64,000 nucleotides of DNA, from positions 69,502,001-69,566,000 of the forward strand of contig OX597818.1 of NCBI GenBank assembly GCA_951406725.2. The letters are read 5' to 3'. The stretch comes from Octopus vulgaris (lineage: Eukaryota). Shown piece after piece: positions 25,963 through 40,005 of the stretch (position 1 is the first letter of the stretch; each line of letters starts with the position of its first letter). Below the pieces are notes generated by a model, which saw nothing but the letters and a program-made list of their open reading frames with translations, searched no databases and had not been told where the DNA came from. The position numbers and the translations under genes were made by a program.

Positions 25963-27715
25963 CAATATTTCTTTTTAGAATAACATTTAGGAAGAATTAT
26001 ATTTTGTCATCAAGCAGAATACACCATTCTTGGGTCTTTAGAATATATTTTTTCATTAATTCAGTTTGAACATCATCACCACCATCATGATCATCATTAC
26101 CATCATCGTCATCGTCATCACCACCACCACCACCACCACCACCACCACCACCACCACCACCACCACCACCATCATCACCATCATCATCATCATCATCATC
26201 ACTAATATCATTATTTTCATCATCTTTACTATTAATATTATTATTATCATAATGATGACACAGATAATAGTTAATTACTTTTGCTTCCTTTGTATAATCA
26301 ACATAATCAACTTTGCTTGTTTTACATAATTTACAAATAAATACCTGATATCACCTTTGATTGCAATAATTCCCAGAACTAGTCTTTAATATATTTTGTG
26401 ATAATGAGGCATTAATATATGTTAATATAATGTTAATACATGCAGAAAAGTATTTCAAAACTGGTGTCTATCAAATAGTTTTATGGTAAGCCTAAATATA
26501 ATATCCGCATGCTGTAGGCAGCTTTAGTTTGGGAAACTAAAAGAGCCTTGTATGAGTTGCTAATTTCTGTTGGCTTCACAAATACCTTGTCTCTGTTTTA
26601 CTTTATCTTTATGGCATTGCAACCATAACTTAATATTAAGCTATCACTGGGGGTCATGTATGTATACAGTGGAAGTAGATATCATTTGACGAGACCGTAA
26701 TTATATTTCTATAATCTATGCTGTGCTTCTCTTGACATTAATATGAATTATTTCATTCCTCTGTCAATTAATGCCACACATAAACCTGACTGGAATAAAT
26801 AGGCAGCCGAGGAACCTCTGTTCACTTGATCACACCTGCTTGAAATAGAAGTGAAATCTCCCTTAAATCACACCCGATCATCTAAATAAAGAGGAGGGTG
26901 CCTTAGATAATGTGGTCCAAGATACACTATGTCTGAAAGAAATAATAAATGGCCACAGGTGGAATGTCTATGACCATAGATTGGCTCAATCATAGAAGAC
27001 CTGAATCTAAACAACAACAACAACAACAATTAAATTAAAGTAATTCTAGATAAAAGTGAAGAATCATAAAATTTCCTGTTCTATGGAGAAGTTGCAAAGA
27101 GACAGAAAAGGTATATTGGTAGCTTCTTAACATAAATATATGTTAAGAAGGTACCAATGAGCGGAGGTTGTGCTTCATTAGTGGGAGTAAACGTGTAGCA
27201 TGCTTTTAATGATTGGTTCAGAAAGCCATGAAGTCACGAGCAGGCATGAACATCCTCTTCGCTCAATCTTGATGCAGTGGAATATTGAAGATGTTGCAGT
27301 GAGAGGGAAAGCCAGCTGCCCCAGCATGTGGCCAGTACTCAGTTCCAACAAGAAATGAGGTGCCATATCACACTTACTTCACCAAATATAAATATCTTTG
27401 TACAAAAAAATAAAACTGAACCTTACCAGATATAATAACCTTTAGACAAAACATTAAAAAAAACCCAGCTTATTCATTAATTGCCTAATTAACTGACATA
27501 AGCTTTTGTTAAAAAGACTTTCAGGGTGGATTATTCACTTCATCTTTAAAAATGAATATTTTTTATCTTTTTACATAGACACAATCAACATAATTTCCAC
27601 TCTTTAGTAGACATTTCAATCCTGGACAGGTTAACACAACTTAAACTCAGTCTGTCAGTCCATTCTGCTCATATTCTGTTGCGGTCCTCTTTATCATTTC
27701 TATGTTTCCCTAATG

Positions 27716-29248
27716 CACTGAAGCCTAAAAGACACGCGAGACATGTGTGACTGTGAAATATGTTTTAATTTATATTATTTCAGAGATAAATTTTGATAAA
27801 TCTGATAAAGTCAGTTTCTTGGGTGCACTTCGACCACAGTCTATGGGTTGTACTCATGTGTTCTGGTAGCAGGTGGATCCAGCACATCAAGATTGTAGGG
27901 CATGACATGTTCAATACAGTGTATGCCCTCCATGGATGTTCAAAATGGCCATACACTGTCAGTACTTAGAGTGCATGGGATGGCTCACAAAAGCCATTGG
28001 CACCTGTGCCCACACCATGAGGAAAGCTGCCTCCATTTCCACACGAATTGTTGGCCTTGGAACCATCTAGTTCAGCTGTCTCTGGATTTCATCCTACAGG
28101 TGTTCAATTGGGTTCAAATCTGGGCTGAGAGCCAGCCATGGTATGGTTCTGAGATTGTGCTGATGCAGGAAGTCCAAGGTGACCCTGGCCATGTGGGAGG
28201 GAGCATTGTCCTGCTGGAACGCGTGACTGTGGTGACGTGTGAAGAAGGGCATGATGTAAGGTCTTAGGATCTGGTCAACGTAGGGCTGCACTGTGGTGTC
28301 ATTCCCTCTGCCTTCACCAATATTTTGGAACATATGAGGCCCAATTCTCTGATTCAAGCCTATAGCACTGCAAAGCATAATGCTCTGGCCACCCCATGTA
28401 TTTCTCTCGATGACACATGCATCTCTGTAGCATTCACCCCTCCTATGCTACACCCTCACTCTGCCAGCCAAGGTAGAATCACATTACCTGTTCTCATCAG
28501 AGAAGACTACTGACCTCCATTGTTGATACCACCAATGTTGGTACTGTGTAGCCCACTGTAGTCGAGCCTGATGGTGGCAGGCAGTGAGGACAGGCCCTCA
28601 AGCAAGATGATGGTAACGCAGGTTGTTGGTGGCCAGTCGACATCATACCGTGTTATCGCTGATGGGTTGCTGTCTAGTGCCAATGGTCTCACGAGCTGTC
28701 ACATTAGCTGGTCTGAAGTGATTACAGAGGTGTTGCAGGTGGATGAAGTAATGAAGCCTGGATGTGGTCACCTAGGGGCGCCCTCTGTGGGCATGGTCTG
28801 CAGTGCTGTTGGTGTTGCATCACTGTTGCAGGCGATTGATGGTTCTGACATGGACATTTTAAGTTTTTCCAACAACCAGGGCATGCTGCCTGCAATCGTC
28901 CAAAAGCTTGTTCTCTCTGCATTGCAGACAATTGCATCATACTTGATGCATCCAAACTACGGATGCCAGGAATGCAGTTCAAGTTGGTTTTTATACCCAT
29001 AGCCTCCACAAGATGCATGTGCATTCTGGTTTTCATGACAATTGTTTGTGACTGTCACCCACTCATTCAAAATAGCTGCATTTTGGCATCACATTTCAGG
29101 GCAAGTTGAAAGGTTACCTGCATTTTGGGTCTCAGTAATAAACCATCATGTCTGGGAATATTTACACTTACATCCCCGAAATAAATCTTCAGAATTTATC
29201 ATATAAAAATGACATTTGTAAAAATCCCATTTCTTTTGCAGTTCAGTG
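27716..29248 (-). mobile_element. Tc1-like (DD34E) transposon fossil with pseudogenised transposase
   Basis: FSDE motif and FQQDNAPSH...WLALSPDLNPIEHL. Degenerate TIRs CACTGAA....AAAAGA at both ends, TA at 29249-29250, about 1.5 kb. Confidence 0.85.
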
Positions 29249-29585
29249 TATTTCTTGACAGATCTACAGTTTCAAAACCACAGAATTTATGAACTTTCTC
29301 CCCATCTTCTCTTTCTTCCCATCTGAATCCATCTCAAGACTCTGCTTCTTGTGTCACATGAAAAGCCAGTCACATACTTCACTCTTTCGCCTTGTTTTGT
29401 AATCTTTATAACAGCACTTCTCTTAAGACGTCTTTCTTTCCAATATGACTCCAATACAAATTTCTCAAGGTTTTCCTTAATCCCCATCGATGAAGGCAGT
29501 CTGATGTTCTGGTGATTTCTGCTTTCTTCTATACTTTACTGCCATGTAGCACCATTGAGGAATACAATATTATCATAAAGGTTAA

Positions 29586-29795
29586 AGCAACAAGCTGGCA
29601 GAATCATTAGCACATTGAGCAAAATGTGTCACAGCATTTCAATCTGTCTTTATGTTCCGAGTTCAATATCTACCAAGGTTAACTTTGCCTTTCATCCTTT
29701 TGGGTCGATAAAATAAGAACCAGTGGAAGACTGGGGTCAACGCAATTAACCTACCCACTCCCTGAATTGGCAGACCTTATTTCAAAATTTGGAAC
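29586..29795 (+). mobile_element. SINE family A copy
   Basis: AGCTGGCAGAATCATTAGC head and GCCTTTCATCCTTTTGGGTCGATAAAATAAG core. Confidence 0.8.
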
Positions 29796-31249
29796 AAGTA
29801 CCATTTTAAAGGTAGATCTTCTTGTTAGCACCAACAGTGTTTATTTCTTAACTCCAGAATGGTAACAATTTAGGCTTCTCAAGACAGACTAATTTAACTC
29901 CAATTGATTTCCCATAGCCGTAAGCCACAAGTATTATTTTAGTAGCATGTACCATGCTTTCAGATATTGTTTTGAGTGCCTGTGTTGTCATGAACAGATA
30001 TAATCACTTCATCAGCACCCGCAAGCTTGAGCCTGTGAAACATTCCAGGGTGAAGCACATGGTGGAAAAAATTGTTGTATCAGCCCTGAGCTTGTGGCAT
30101 TCGCTTCCAGTTGAGTAAACACAGGTACAACATGAAGTAAAGAGCTTTGCTGAAGACAACAATGTTCTGCCCAATTCATGCATCAAACTCATGATCTTAG
30201 GATTGTGAGTTGAACTCATTAATCACTTAAGAGATAACGAGTAAAAAATGAAGCTGGCAAGGATCTGTATTAGTAAAAAGTCTTGGGTGAAGTTGATGAG
30301 TTTTGATAAGTTTGTATGTGGTAGGGACCTGGGTAGGGGTAGTGGGATGAACTGACATTTCAAGATTTCAAGGCTGAGCTTTTGTCTGAGAAGAAATGAA
30401 ATTATTTGAAGAAAATGAAATTTTCAACAGAAAATTTTATTTTCTCTTAAACTAAGAGTCAGTGACGGAACATGGAATTCCTCTTCTGTTGAGGCCATAG
30501 AAACTCAACACCTTCCCGTTATACTCAGCACATTCACCTTAGAATAATTCATAAATTAGAAATATAAAAACCATTAATTAACCAGGTGTTCTTTCTTTTG
30601 AGTCATCATAGTGGTTGTGACAGAACTCATCATCATCATCATCATCATTTAACTAAAATAATAAAATCTCTGCTGAATATGTCTACAGACATTATGGAAA
30701 TTCTTCCTGAATTAGTTAATCACCATTCATAAAAAAACTATGCTTCACTCCAGGCAACAAAAAAAGGTGAAATAACTGAACTATTTGTAGAATTTAAGAA
30801 TAGCACCATATTTTGCATTAGCTCTCTATACATTACTTCAATATAGCATGATGGATGCCAGTTCCAAGTGAAGAATTTGCTAATCCAGTCCATCACATTA
30901 AATAATGTCTTTGAAATGTTCAACTGTATGATGTTCGATAACAGAAGAATTGTTGTAAAAGGTGACACTTGAGTGGAATATCAGGTAAGGTGGACATTGC
31001 ACGACAGATCGAGCTAAGCATCGGACTTAAAGAACTGACTGCTTATTCAAACGCATTCCAGCTTGTGAAGTGCTTAATCCGTTCTTTCCAACAGATGCTA
31101 AACCTCACCTCAAGTAAATATGACAAACACTAGATGCTTTATAGAATGAACAAAATTTAAAATACAAACATATAAATTATATACATATGTATATATACAT
31201 ATACATATACACAAACAAACACACATATATATATATACACACACACAAA

Positions 31250-31600
31250 CAGAGGATGTGATGAATAAATTGTTGTCTAAATTATGCAAAAATTACAATT
31301 CCTCAACACTAACATCTCAATTTAACATATATTTATGTTAATTTACTAAACAGTAAATTTATTCAGTAAAATCGCCATTGTCTTCAGCCATGGCCTCCAG
31401 ACGACTTTGGAATCTCCTGCAACTCTTCTGGATGGTCTCCTTGTTTAAGTTGGTGAATGCTGTCTTCAGTTCATCTTTGGTGTTACAAGGGAGTTTTGTT
31501 GGCCTCTCACTCAACTGCACCCCACACATAATAATCAAGGGGTTTGCAGTGTGGGGAGTTAGGTGGCCAGATGTTAGGGGTGGTGTGATGACCAACAAAT
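31250..31600 (-). mobile_element. DD37D/maT-like Tc1-mariner 3' fragment
   Basis: IWPPNSPHCKPLDYYVWGAVE and CRRFQSRLEAMAEDNGDFTE match the WPPNSPDLNPLDY-type transposase C-terminus. Confidence 0.75.
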
Positions 31601-32169
31601 AAAGGGGGTGTTTTATTTGTTTCCTGTACTCTAGAAACAAATAGAACACCCCCCTTTTTCCTCTCTCTCTTCCTCTCCTTCTCTCTCCCCTCCCTCTGTT
31701 TCCCTCTTCCCCTCTCTCTTTCTCTCTCTCCCCTTTCTCTATCTCCCCACCTCTTGTCTTCCATCAGTAGATTCTTATTTCAGAAGCAGAAAACAATACG
31801 ATGCCAACCTCTCTTCTTAACCTTAAGCCCTCAAACACATCTACAGGGCTTATTTGAAATAAAATGTCAGATTAAATACTTCAGGGATATGAAAATATGC
31901 ATCCTTAATGGCACATACAAGCATAGCTTAGCTTGCACAGGGAAAGAATTGTCTGTAAGAGAAATAGGAATGCTCTACAGAAGGATTTCGTATTATAATA
32001 TATTGCTCACAATTGCATATATTCATGAATGAAGGGAATTCTTAAAGAGCAGGGCGAAATCATGTGGAGGTCTTGTAGCAAGTCTTCATACCCTGAGTTC
32101 AAATCTCACAATGATCAATTTTATGGTTTATTTTTCCAAGGGAGACAAATCAATTTGTTGTCCTAGCTT

Positions 32170-32387
32170 AATTTCAAATTTTGGCACAAGGCCAGCAATT
32201 TCAAGGGAGGGAAAGGTAAGTTGATTACATCAACCCCAATACATCAACCCTAACCCTATTTTATTAATCCTGAAAGGTTGAAAAGCAAAGTCAACCTCAG
32301 TGGAATTTGAACTCAGAACGTAAAGACACACAAACTGCAGTGAAGCTTTTAGCCTGGTATGCTAACGATTCTGCCAGTTTGCTACCT
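32170..32387 (-). mobile_element. SINE family A copy
   Basis: Reverse-complement head and core as at 3113-3314. Confidence 0.75.
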
Positions 32388-32661
32388 TTTTGGTACCGAA
32401 TAATTTAAAGATGCTTTTGCTTCAGCATTGGCCAAGATTCTTGCAATATTTATTCCAGCTGTTTGCATTGTGAGTCCTTCAGGGTTCGATATGATCTGTT
32501 AACGCCACAGTTTGATCCACCCATGCCTTCAGCAGTGTCCACAATGTTGCAGGTGGCCAAACTACAACCATGCATGCTTGGTCATATCTTTCTGATTGTT
32601 TGTCTTTAAACACATCAAATTTAAAATTGATGCAATACAACAATATAATATTCATCTATAC

Positions 32662-33654
32662 CAGGGCTTTTCAACAAGGGTCCCAATGACCCTTACTGGG
32701 GTCCATATAAGATTTTGTGGTTAAAATTTATCTGCAATAAATTTCTTATACTTCTGCAATACACAACATATCTCATTTTTCTTGGTCCAATGCCTGATAA
32801 TATTTATATATATAAAGGTTTGATTTTTCCCCTCTGATTAAGAGAAATAAACTGTACTCATTAACCTTTTTTCATAGTCCTTAAATGCTGAGTGTTTCCT
32901 CATGTCTGTGACATAGATATTTTAAAATTTTGTATTCATATAGAGTCTGACAAACTGCCCACAAGGCTTGGCTTTGTGGGTGCGAAACCTTGGGTGACTA
33001 AATAAAATTTTGTTGTTTTATATATATATATATATCATCATCATCATCGTCATTTAACATCCATTCTCCATGCTAGCACGGGTTGGATGGTTCAAGCAGG
33101 GTCTGCGAAGCCAGAAGGCTGCACCAGGCTCCAGTCTGATCTGGCAGTGTTTCTACAGCTGGATGCCCTTCCTAACGCCAACCACTCCGTGAGTGTAATG
33201 GGTGTTTTTTACGTGCCACCAGCACAGGTGCCAGGCGAGGCTGGCAACGGACATGATTGGTTGGTGCTTTTTACGTGCCACTGGCATGGAAGCCAGTCAA
33301 GGCGGCGCTGGCATTGGCCATGTTCGGATGGTGCTTTTTATGTGCCACCGACACAGGGATCACAACTACAATTTCCATTGATTTTTGATGTTGATGTACT
33401 TGACTCAATGGATCTCCTAAAGCACAGGGTTGAAATGGTGTTTCTTTACATGCCACCTGCACAGGAGTCAGTCCAGTGGCACTGGCAACTGCTTGGTGCC
33501 AGTCATAGGATTGGTTCAATTTCGAATTCAATTTTAACTTCACTTGCCTCAACAGGTCTTTGCATGTCCAAAGAAGGAGAGGCAAGCATAAGTGGGCTGG
33601 CAAAGGCCACAATATATATATATGTGTGTGTGTGTGTATGTATGTATATATGTA

Positions 33655-33720
<66 letters not shown>

Positions 33721-33781
33721 GTTGAATATATTTAGTTGAATAAAAGAGGCCCAAAAGCAAAAAATTGGTTGAGAACTACTG
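32662..33781. mobile_element. Old hAT-Charlie-like MITE interrupted by an RTE 3' fragment and (TA)n
   Basis: Imperfect TIRs CAGGGCTTTTCAAC / GTTGAGAACTACTG; flanks ATCTATAC / ATTTAGAC match at 6 of 8 with a central TA. Confidence 0.5.
33035..33600 (-). mobile_element. RTE family C 3' UTR
   Basis: (CAT)n tail, GGATGCCCTTCCTAACGCCAACC and internal GTGCCAC-containing repeats; flanked by (TA)n. Confidence 0.85.
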
Positions 33782-33948
33782 ATTTAGACAAAAGACTATC
33801 ATTAAAAATTGTTTTAAGGATTGCTAATACAGAGGAAGGACGTAGTGCGAAAATCAACATAAGAGCCATTTTGCAGTCGTTGGAATTGCTAGAAATAGAA
33901 GCAAAATTTCCCTCTACTCACGTTACTGTCTTAGAAAAGAATCACATA

Positions 33949-34492
33949 CTGGGAAATGGGGTTACTTTGAACAGTTTTATGCTTCTTATTGCAGTAATTT
34001 CATAACCATTTTTTCCAATCTTAAATAAATTTGACTATGTTAAGGGAACTAAATTGGTAAACTGATATATGAAATAAAAATAAGCTGCAGTCAATATTTG
34101 ATCACATTTTTTATATAATTGTCGCTGTTCAGAGTAACCCCTGATTTGGGGTTACTTTGAACAGTAATATTTCTTTTTACCTATGTTCAAAAGTTGAATA
34201 TGTTATTTGGAAGAATAAGTTTTCAATCAACTGTAAATGTCACTTTTAAGAGCTGGAAGTACGAGGACACTTCTGTAGCACTTAAACATGCTCTGGATCT
34301 TTTGATATTTTGGCACAGGTGCAATACTAATTGGGATTTGTTTTGCTTTAAAAATGAATTAGTCCATTCAGCTGAAGAAGAATTGTTTTTAAATTGCTTT
34401 ATTGTTCGACCTTCAGCTGTAATATAAAGAAGAAACAAATATTATATTTTGTTCAAAGTTACTCCAGTGTTCAAAGTAATCCCATTTTATGG
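33949..34492 (-). mobile_element. Internally deleted pogo/Tc5-like DNA transposon
   Basis: TIRs TA-CTGGGAAATGGGGTTACTTTGAACA / TGTTCAAAGTAATCCCATTTTATGG-TA with repeated subterminal GGGGTTACTTTGAACA. Remnant GRTIKQFKNN...WTNSFLKQNK...QNIKRSRA resembles a CENP-B-type HTH region. The element splits an older repeat at a TA. Confidence 0.75.
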
Positions 34493-34671
34493 TATTAGAT
34501 TGCGTGTTCTGTGCTGCATAGTGTTTGAGAAAAAGATGGGATGGTCATGGCTGGAATTCTTTTTATCTCAGGTATATTCAGTGATGTCTTTTCAAGGGAA
34601 GGATTGATTTGTCTTGAATAAGGAACCATGACATTATGTGGTGCAGTACAGAGCATGCTCAGAGAACTTAC

Positions 34672-34738
34672 CTCAAATTGCTTCCTGCTGTCTTCTTCGG
34701 AATTGCAGAATGCCCCAAAAGGACAGCATGTTCTATGT
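34672..34738 (-). other. Candidate 67-nt exon
   Basis: Branch point CTAAC, acceptor TTCTGCCTCCTCTGTAG|, perfect donor GAG|GTAAGT; two frames are open. Confidence 0.45.
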
Positions 34739-35451
34739 CTACAGAGGAGGCAGAATCATTTTTGTTAGGGTAGAATAACTTTTATTCCAATAATATTCAA
34801 TTGGTTCTCTAGAGTCTCAACAACTACCATAACAACAACTAAAATAAATTCTGCTGCCACTGTAGCAGCCTGGACATTCTTTTTCTTAGATTATTAACTA
34901 ATAAAATAATTTTCTTCCTATATTTACCAAACAGCTCCATCAGAACAAAACTAATAGAGAAAGCAAAAAAGAAAAGGAAAAACGAATACAATAAATGCAT
35001 GCAAACAAGAACAACTTAGAAGTTGAGTTCGTTTAAAGTTATCTAACCTCATATGATACAATTTGCATTGAATAAGAGGAAAAAACAAACAACATTTTTG
35101 CAGAGTTCTTTATTTTAATATTACCATTTATTAGGATTTATATTTCTTTCTTATTTTCTATTTATTTTATTTTTGCTTTTATAATTTCATAACCTTTTTT
35201 TTTTTTTATTTATCTATTATTATTTATTTTTTTTGGTTATCTTTCCCCTGTCTTCTTTTGTGAATTGAGACCAAAGTTCATACCGTCCAGAATCTAACTC
35301 TGCTAATATTCCCTTTGATCTGATGTTTTCTATAAAGATTACATCTTTTAAACTGAATAATTCATTATAAAACTTAGTATTGAGTGAATTATGATAATCA
35401 CCAAGGAGGCTGCGCTTGCTTCATTGTTTCTTATGATGCCTTCCTCTCATA

Positions 35452-35468
35452 TAAATACATACATACAT

Positions 35469-35539
<71 letters not shown>

Positions 35540-35552
35540 CATACGTACATAC

Positions 35553-35605
<53 letters not shown>

Positions 35606-35618
35606 CATACGTACATAC

Positions 35619-35671
<53 letters not shown>

Positions 35672-35688
35672 CATACATACGTACATAC

Positions 35689-35719
<31 letters not shown>

Positions 35720-35740
35720 TATATATATACATATATATAT

Positions 35741-35771
<31 letters not shown>

Positions 35772-36055
35772 CATATATATATACACATATATATATACAT
35801 ATATATATATACATATATATATATGTATATATATAAATATATATTTACATATTTGCATACACACACATATATATATATATATATGTATAGAGAATGATAG
35901 ATAAATAGATAGATAGATATAAATATATATATACATATATACTTACACACATCCATATATACATATATGTGTGTGTGTGTGCATGTATATATGTGTATGT
36001 GTGTGTGTGTGTATGCATGGGTATGTGCATGCATTTATATGTGTGTATGTAAGTA
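35452..36055. repeat. Compound (TA)n/(CA)n/(TACA)n microsatellite with ~60-bp higher-order units
   Basis: The landmark ATACGTACATAC recurs at about 35540, 35607 and 35677. Confidence 0.9.
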
Positions 36056-36207
36056 TATTTAGCGATAGATTGAAATCAGAACAACAAACAAAGAATAAGA
36101 CCAACCCACATTGGCATAAAAACATGAACAAACAACACCTAAAATATATTTAGCCAAAATTCTTTTAGTTAAGATATCAACAGACATGAATAAGGCTACA
36201 TATATAA

Positions 36208-36273
<66 letters not shown>

Positions 36274-36337
36274 ATGTATGTATGAATGTATGTATATATG
36301 CATGTATGTATATGTATGTATGTATGTATGTGTGTAT

Positions 36338-37006
36338 ATCATCATCATCATCATCATCATCATTTAACGTCCGTTTTCCATGCTAGCATGGGTTGGACGG
36401 TTTTGACTGAGGGCTGGCAACCAGATGGCTGCACCAGGCTCCAGTCTTGATCTGGCAGAGTTTCCACAGCTGAATGCCCTTCCTAATGCCAACCACTCCA
36501 AGAGTGTAGTGGGTACTTTTTACGTGCCACCTGCACGGGGGCCAGTCACGCAGCACTGGCATTGACCGCACTCGAATATTGCTTTCTATATGCCATCAGC
36601 ACTGGAATCAGCCACACTCAAACGGTGCTTTTAACGTGCCACCAGCAAAGGTGCCAGTCAGGCAGCACTGGCATTCGCCATGACTACAATTTCTCTTGAC
36701 TCAACAGGTCTTCTCAAGCACAGCATATTGCCCGATGGTTGAAGGGTGCTTTTAATTGGGTCAGTTATGCATCATTGGTACCAGCCCTGGCTATGATTTC
36801 ACTTCACTTGCCGAGCCTTCTCAATCACAGTATATCTCCAATGGTCTCAGTCGACTGTCATTGCCTCTGTGAGGCCCAACATTCGAAGGTCATGTTTCAC
36901 CACTTCATCTCATGTCTTCCTGGGTCTCCCTCTACCACAGGTTCCCTCTACTGTTATGGTGTGACACTTCTTCACACAACTGTCCTCAACCATACACAGC
37001 ACATCA

Positions 37007-37008
<2 letters not shown>
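36338..37008 (-). mobile_element. RTE family C 3' end including ORF2 C-terminus
   Basis: [32 protein letters not shown] followed by the 3' UTR and (GAT)n tail; the 5' truncation abuts (TA)n. Confidence 0.9.
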
Positions 37009-37041
<33 letters not shown>

Positions 37042-37052
37042 AATACACACAT

Positions 37053-37099
<47 letters not shown>

Positions 37100-37810
37100 C
37101 ATATAGATATATATATATATATATGCATGTATGTATGTGTGTATGTATGTATGTATATATAAATAGAGGAATGAGGGTTTGAAAATGCAGAGGTCTTTTA
37201 TAGATATTTATTGATTTGACCAGTTTCACATTAAAAAAAAAAAAGATTATCAAAAGTGAAATGTAAAGCTTTGTATAAGCTTTGTTGTGTTAAAAACTGG
37301 TTATCACAATTGTATTAAAATACAGTCATACAGTCTTTGACAATGACAAGAGAATGTTAAGAAATGGAATCTTTGACAATGACAAGAGACTGTTAACTGG
37401 GGCTTTTTGTTTAAACTGTTTACATGAAAGTGTTCAAAATAGGTTGTAAAATAATTAAAAATTTACGTTCCCCTTCTCCTTATCCTCTCACAGCTACTTT
37501 CCAAGCTGGCATGAGTTGAATGAGTGATTGTTATTCTATTTATTGTTATTAGAGTCCTGTCTTCTCTCCTACTTACAATTACTTTAGTCTACAAAATTGT
37601 TTCCCCAGATTTTATTTCATCTTTTCTTCATAGTACCTCACTTATAAACTGGATGTAACAAAGAGCAGTCACCATTTTCCCAGACCTGCCATATTCAAAG
37701 ATCATAGTCATTGAATAATCACCAATTAACTGCATGAAAATGGTTGGCATTATCTGTAGCAGTAGATCTATAGAACTGCATGCTTTGATTTATTTATATA
37801 CACACATATA

Positions 37811-38015
37811 TCAGGTCACTCTTGAGTGCTACTGGTGACATATAATCCAGTACAACCTGTCGCATGGTCAGGTCGTCGGTGACTAAACTGGCAACCCCAC
37901 CAGGCTTGCTTGGTGAGGAGGGTGTCATTGGACACCCTGCAGGATGAAAAATAAGACCAGTCAAAGGGCTGATGAACTCCTGAACAGTCAACAGCCATCC
38001 AACAAAATGTCTGTA
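37811..38015 (+). mobile_element. Family D 5' leader only
   Basis: Matches the reverse complement of 8415-8618. Confidence 0.75.
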
Positions 38016-38544
38016 AATATATATACCTTTTTCTTTTATATGTGTATATGAATATTTTGACTCTATCTAAATATATATATTATTTTATGTCTTTTAATTG
38101 GATATCTTTTACTTTCTTTATACAATATTATTTATGAGCAATTCTTATTCACACATCATACCTTTTTTATTTTTCTATTTGTATTTTATTATATGTTTAC
38201 ATATATATATGTATGCATATTTTTACTGTTATATATATATTTAGGGCCTGAATTCTGAAAATGTGGCTAACAGGGTTCTGGTATTGCAAGTCCCCAACGG
38301 CAGATCTGTTCTTAGTGAAGGCCTTTTCAGCCATGAGAGGGCCTGCCAATGTCATCAAGACAACCCCAAAGGATCAAAGACAACATCATTGTCTGTCAAG
38401 ATTGACTGCCTTAAGCAAGTAAGCAAGTATACACACCCACCCACTCACACACACACACACGCAAAATTTTTTCAATTGCATAGACTAAAAGTCAGAGGGG
38501 GACAGGATAAACTACCTGTATCAACCTGCTATAAAAGTGGGTAG

Positions 38545-39682
38545 TAATTTTACCTTGTACTTATTCTTAGTGCAAGATTTGAAGAGTGCAGTTCGATTTA
38601 AACAGTTATGCTTTCAAAGCTATGAAAGTGACAAAAGAGCATATTTTGCTTTATGAGTTCAATGAAGGCAACAACGCAATAAAAAGTGTGAGGAATATTA
38701 ATGCAGTATATGGGGATTGGACAATAAGTGTAAGCCAGTGCCAACAGTGATTCCAGAAATTCCGAACCAGAATCTACAGCCTAGAAGACGAACTTCATCC
38801 TGGAAGATCTGTAGAGTTCAACAAGGATGTCCTGCAAAATCCTGGTGGAACAAAATCCCATCGTAACTGATGAGGAACTAGCAGAAACACTTGGATTTGA
38901 TCATCCAAGATTCATCGACACCTGTGTGCCATTGGAAAAGTGAGAAAATTGGGTCAATGTGTTCCAGAGTGTGAACGTGTGCTCTTCTTTGCTGTCACAT
39001 CTCACGAAGGAACCTGTTTGGAACTGAACAGTGACTGGTGATGAGAAATGGGTTCTCTATAAAAACGTAAGGTGCTGAAGACAGTGGATAGGGAAAGGAG
39101 AAACATTGGCACCCCAGGCTAAAGAAGGTCTTCACCTATGTAAGGTGTTGTTATCTGTTTGGTGGGATATGAAAGGTTTAGTCCATTTTGAACTTTTAAA
39201 CCCAAACCAAATGATAACAAAGGAAAGCAACTTGAGTGGTTTAAGTTAGCACTGGAAGAAAAACGACCATCTTTGGGTTCAAGATGAAAAGAATTCTTCC
39301 CTCAGGATAATGCTTGGTCACATGCAGAGAGGATGACATTCCAAAGGCTGGATCAGTTTGAATGGAAAATGATGCTCCATCCATCATATTTGCCTGATAT
39401 TGTCCCATCCGATTATCATTTATTGTGCAGTCTTCAAAATCATTTGAATGAAAAAAAATGTGAATTCTGTAGATGAGATCAGAACATTCCTGGAGGAGTA
39501 TATTTCTTCATGGACAACTGAATTTTGGAAGAGGGAGGGGCCTTGTGAGTCTACCAAAGAGATGGAAGAGCATTGTAGAAAATGAAGGAGAGTATATTTT
39601 AGATTATAAAAGAATTTTGTTTATCTTAATTTTGAAAAACAAAAGAAGTACAAAAAAAACACATTATTTACGGGCTGACCCG
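38545..39682 (+). mobile_element. Mariner (DD34D) transposon fossil; transposase pseudogene ~38622-39608
   Basis: MKVTKEHILLYEFNEG..., VTGDEKWVLYKN and HPSYLPDIVPSDYHL. The 3' TIR ends ...GGGCTGACCCGA-TA; no 5' TIR was found. Confidence 0.9.
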
Positions 39683-39685
39683 ATA

Positions 39686-39732
<47 letters not shown>

Positions 39733-39733
39733 T

Positions 39734-39786
<53 letters not shown>

Positions 39787-39789
39787 TAA

Positions 39790-40005
39790 AGTTAATCCAA
39801 ACAAGAAAACACAAAAAAAACACAACAACGCGAGGACATGGAACAAATATAGTATTATTGGACGCTCAGGAAAGAAGGAAAGAAGGAGGGTTTAACGTTT
39901 CGAGCGGAGCTCTTCATCGGAAACATAGGAGAAAGAAAGATCCAGAGAAGGGAAGACAACAGAGGTAAAAAGAAAAAATCGCCAACGGTACACACGCGGT
40001 CACAT
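39790..40005 (-). mobile_element. Penelope-like terminal repeat, family H2, carrying an HHR; may extend to ~40580
   Basis: HHR at 39890-39924. The terminal ~80 bp recurs at 56025-56102 and 56217-56293. Confidence 0.6.
39890..39924 (-). ncRNA. Minimal type I hammerhead ribozyme motif (U4C core variant)
   Basis: GUUU-CCGAUGA-A-GAGC-UCC-GCUC-GAAAC-GUU-AAAC: stem I GUUU/AAAC, stem II GAGC/GCUC and a loopless palindromic stem III. Confidence 0.65.

Noticed and set aside
33087-33725. 212-aa ORF
   Set aside because: Antisense reading of the RTE 3' UTR running into (TA)n.
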